This document shows positions 63,471-64,000 of a stretch of DNA of 64,000 nucleotides, piece after piece. The stretch lies in NCBI GenBank assembly GCA_009602725.1, contig WELB01000003.1, positions 718,673-782,672 on the forward strand, in the 5' to 3' direction. Origin of the DNA: Spirogloea muscicola (lineage: Eukaryota). Made by a program: the position numbers and the translations under genes. Within the stretch, counting starts at the first letter, position 1; every line of letters begins with the position of its first letter. Under the pieces are notes generated by a model that made no database searches, was not told where the DNA came from, and was given only the letters and a program-made list of their open reading frames with translations.

Positions 63471-63840
63471 TGGGCATGGGGGCGAGGGCTGCTGTGAGAA
63501 GTGGCTCTCCCAATGGGGGCAAGGGCTGTGAAAAGCCAGCCCGAAAAGAATTGACAAAGTGAGAGACCAGCCCAAAGAAGTGCGGCCGGTTCTTAAGCAC
63601 TGGTAGTCCTACTCCAGTCCTTTTGCAATGAATGCAGGCAAAGAATGTATTGATTCTTGCTTCAAGACCGCTGGCGAGTACGGGTGCTTGTGTACATAGC
63701 TGTGACTTTCACTTTCACTTTCAGTAGCGACTAAGAGTGATTGGCGTAGACAAGAAGAAGAAGTGGCCCTCTCAATGGGGGCAAGAGGGCTGTGAAAAGC
63801 CAGCCCGAAAAATTTGACAAAGATTGTGGCCAAATGACGG
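63470..63840 (-). mobile_element. Stacked/nested CRE-like 3'-end modules
   Basis: Exact hairpins at 63523-63542 and 63787-63806; (CTT)n tail at 63752-63763; the copy at 63500-63558 is flanked by GTGAGA duplications inside another module. Confidence 0.75.
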
Positions 63841-64000
63841 GTGACACAAGAGCCGCAGAGCTTACAGATCGCTGTTGCGCTTCGTTCTTAGCTTTGCAGG
63901 AGGTACCATGCATCTCCATCAAGGAACATTAAGGTAAACATTTATGTAGTAAAGAGTTGCCTCATCTCCTCGGGGAGTATTACTTAGTCGAATGTGAAGA

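Noticed and set aside
63780..63830. Possible hammerhead ribozyme or spliced-leader RNA in the module
   Set aside because: No CTGATGA...GAAA core with three stems, and no convincing donor plus Sm-site arrangement.

Overview
Gene-dense, intron-rich eukaryotic nuclear DNA with GC-rich, (GCC)n-rich gene 5' ends and several N gaps. The gene set points to a streptophyte, most plausibly a streptophyte alga (inference). About 14 spliced genes are recognisable: DUF2993/LmeA-like, ATL-type RING-H2, APD-type RING E3, plastid RPL31, DUF72, an unknown plastid-like protein, alpha-expansin, acetolactate synthase, a conserved Lys/Glu-rich plant protein, a PWWP-bearing CHD3-type remodeler, a truncated CRAL-TRIO gene, TON1-like, a peroxisomal adenine nucleotide carrier and a bacterial-type PstS phosphate-binding protein with introns. 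Exon structures were reconstructed by eye; CDS coordinates are start-to-stop spans that include introns. The main non-genic finding is a dispersed ~60-nt module with the hairpin GGGCTGGCTTTTCACAGCCC and a short (CTT)n tail. It clusters upstream of gene starts. Several copies are preceded by codons for the same C-terminal peptide as the restriction-like-endonuclease (CRE-type) non-LTR retrotransposon ORF at 62534-63470, so the clusters look like stacks of 5'-truncated retroelement 3' ends. Junctions suggest the element inserts into the hairpin loop of its own older copies. Also present are two inverted Ty1/copia relics with half-tRNAiMet primer sites, an interstitial telomeric tract and minisatellites.
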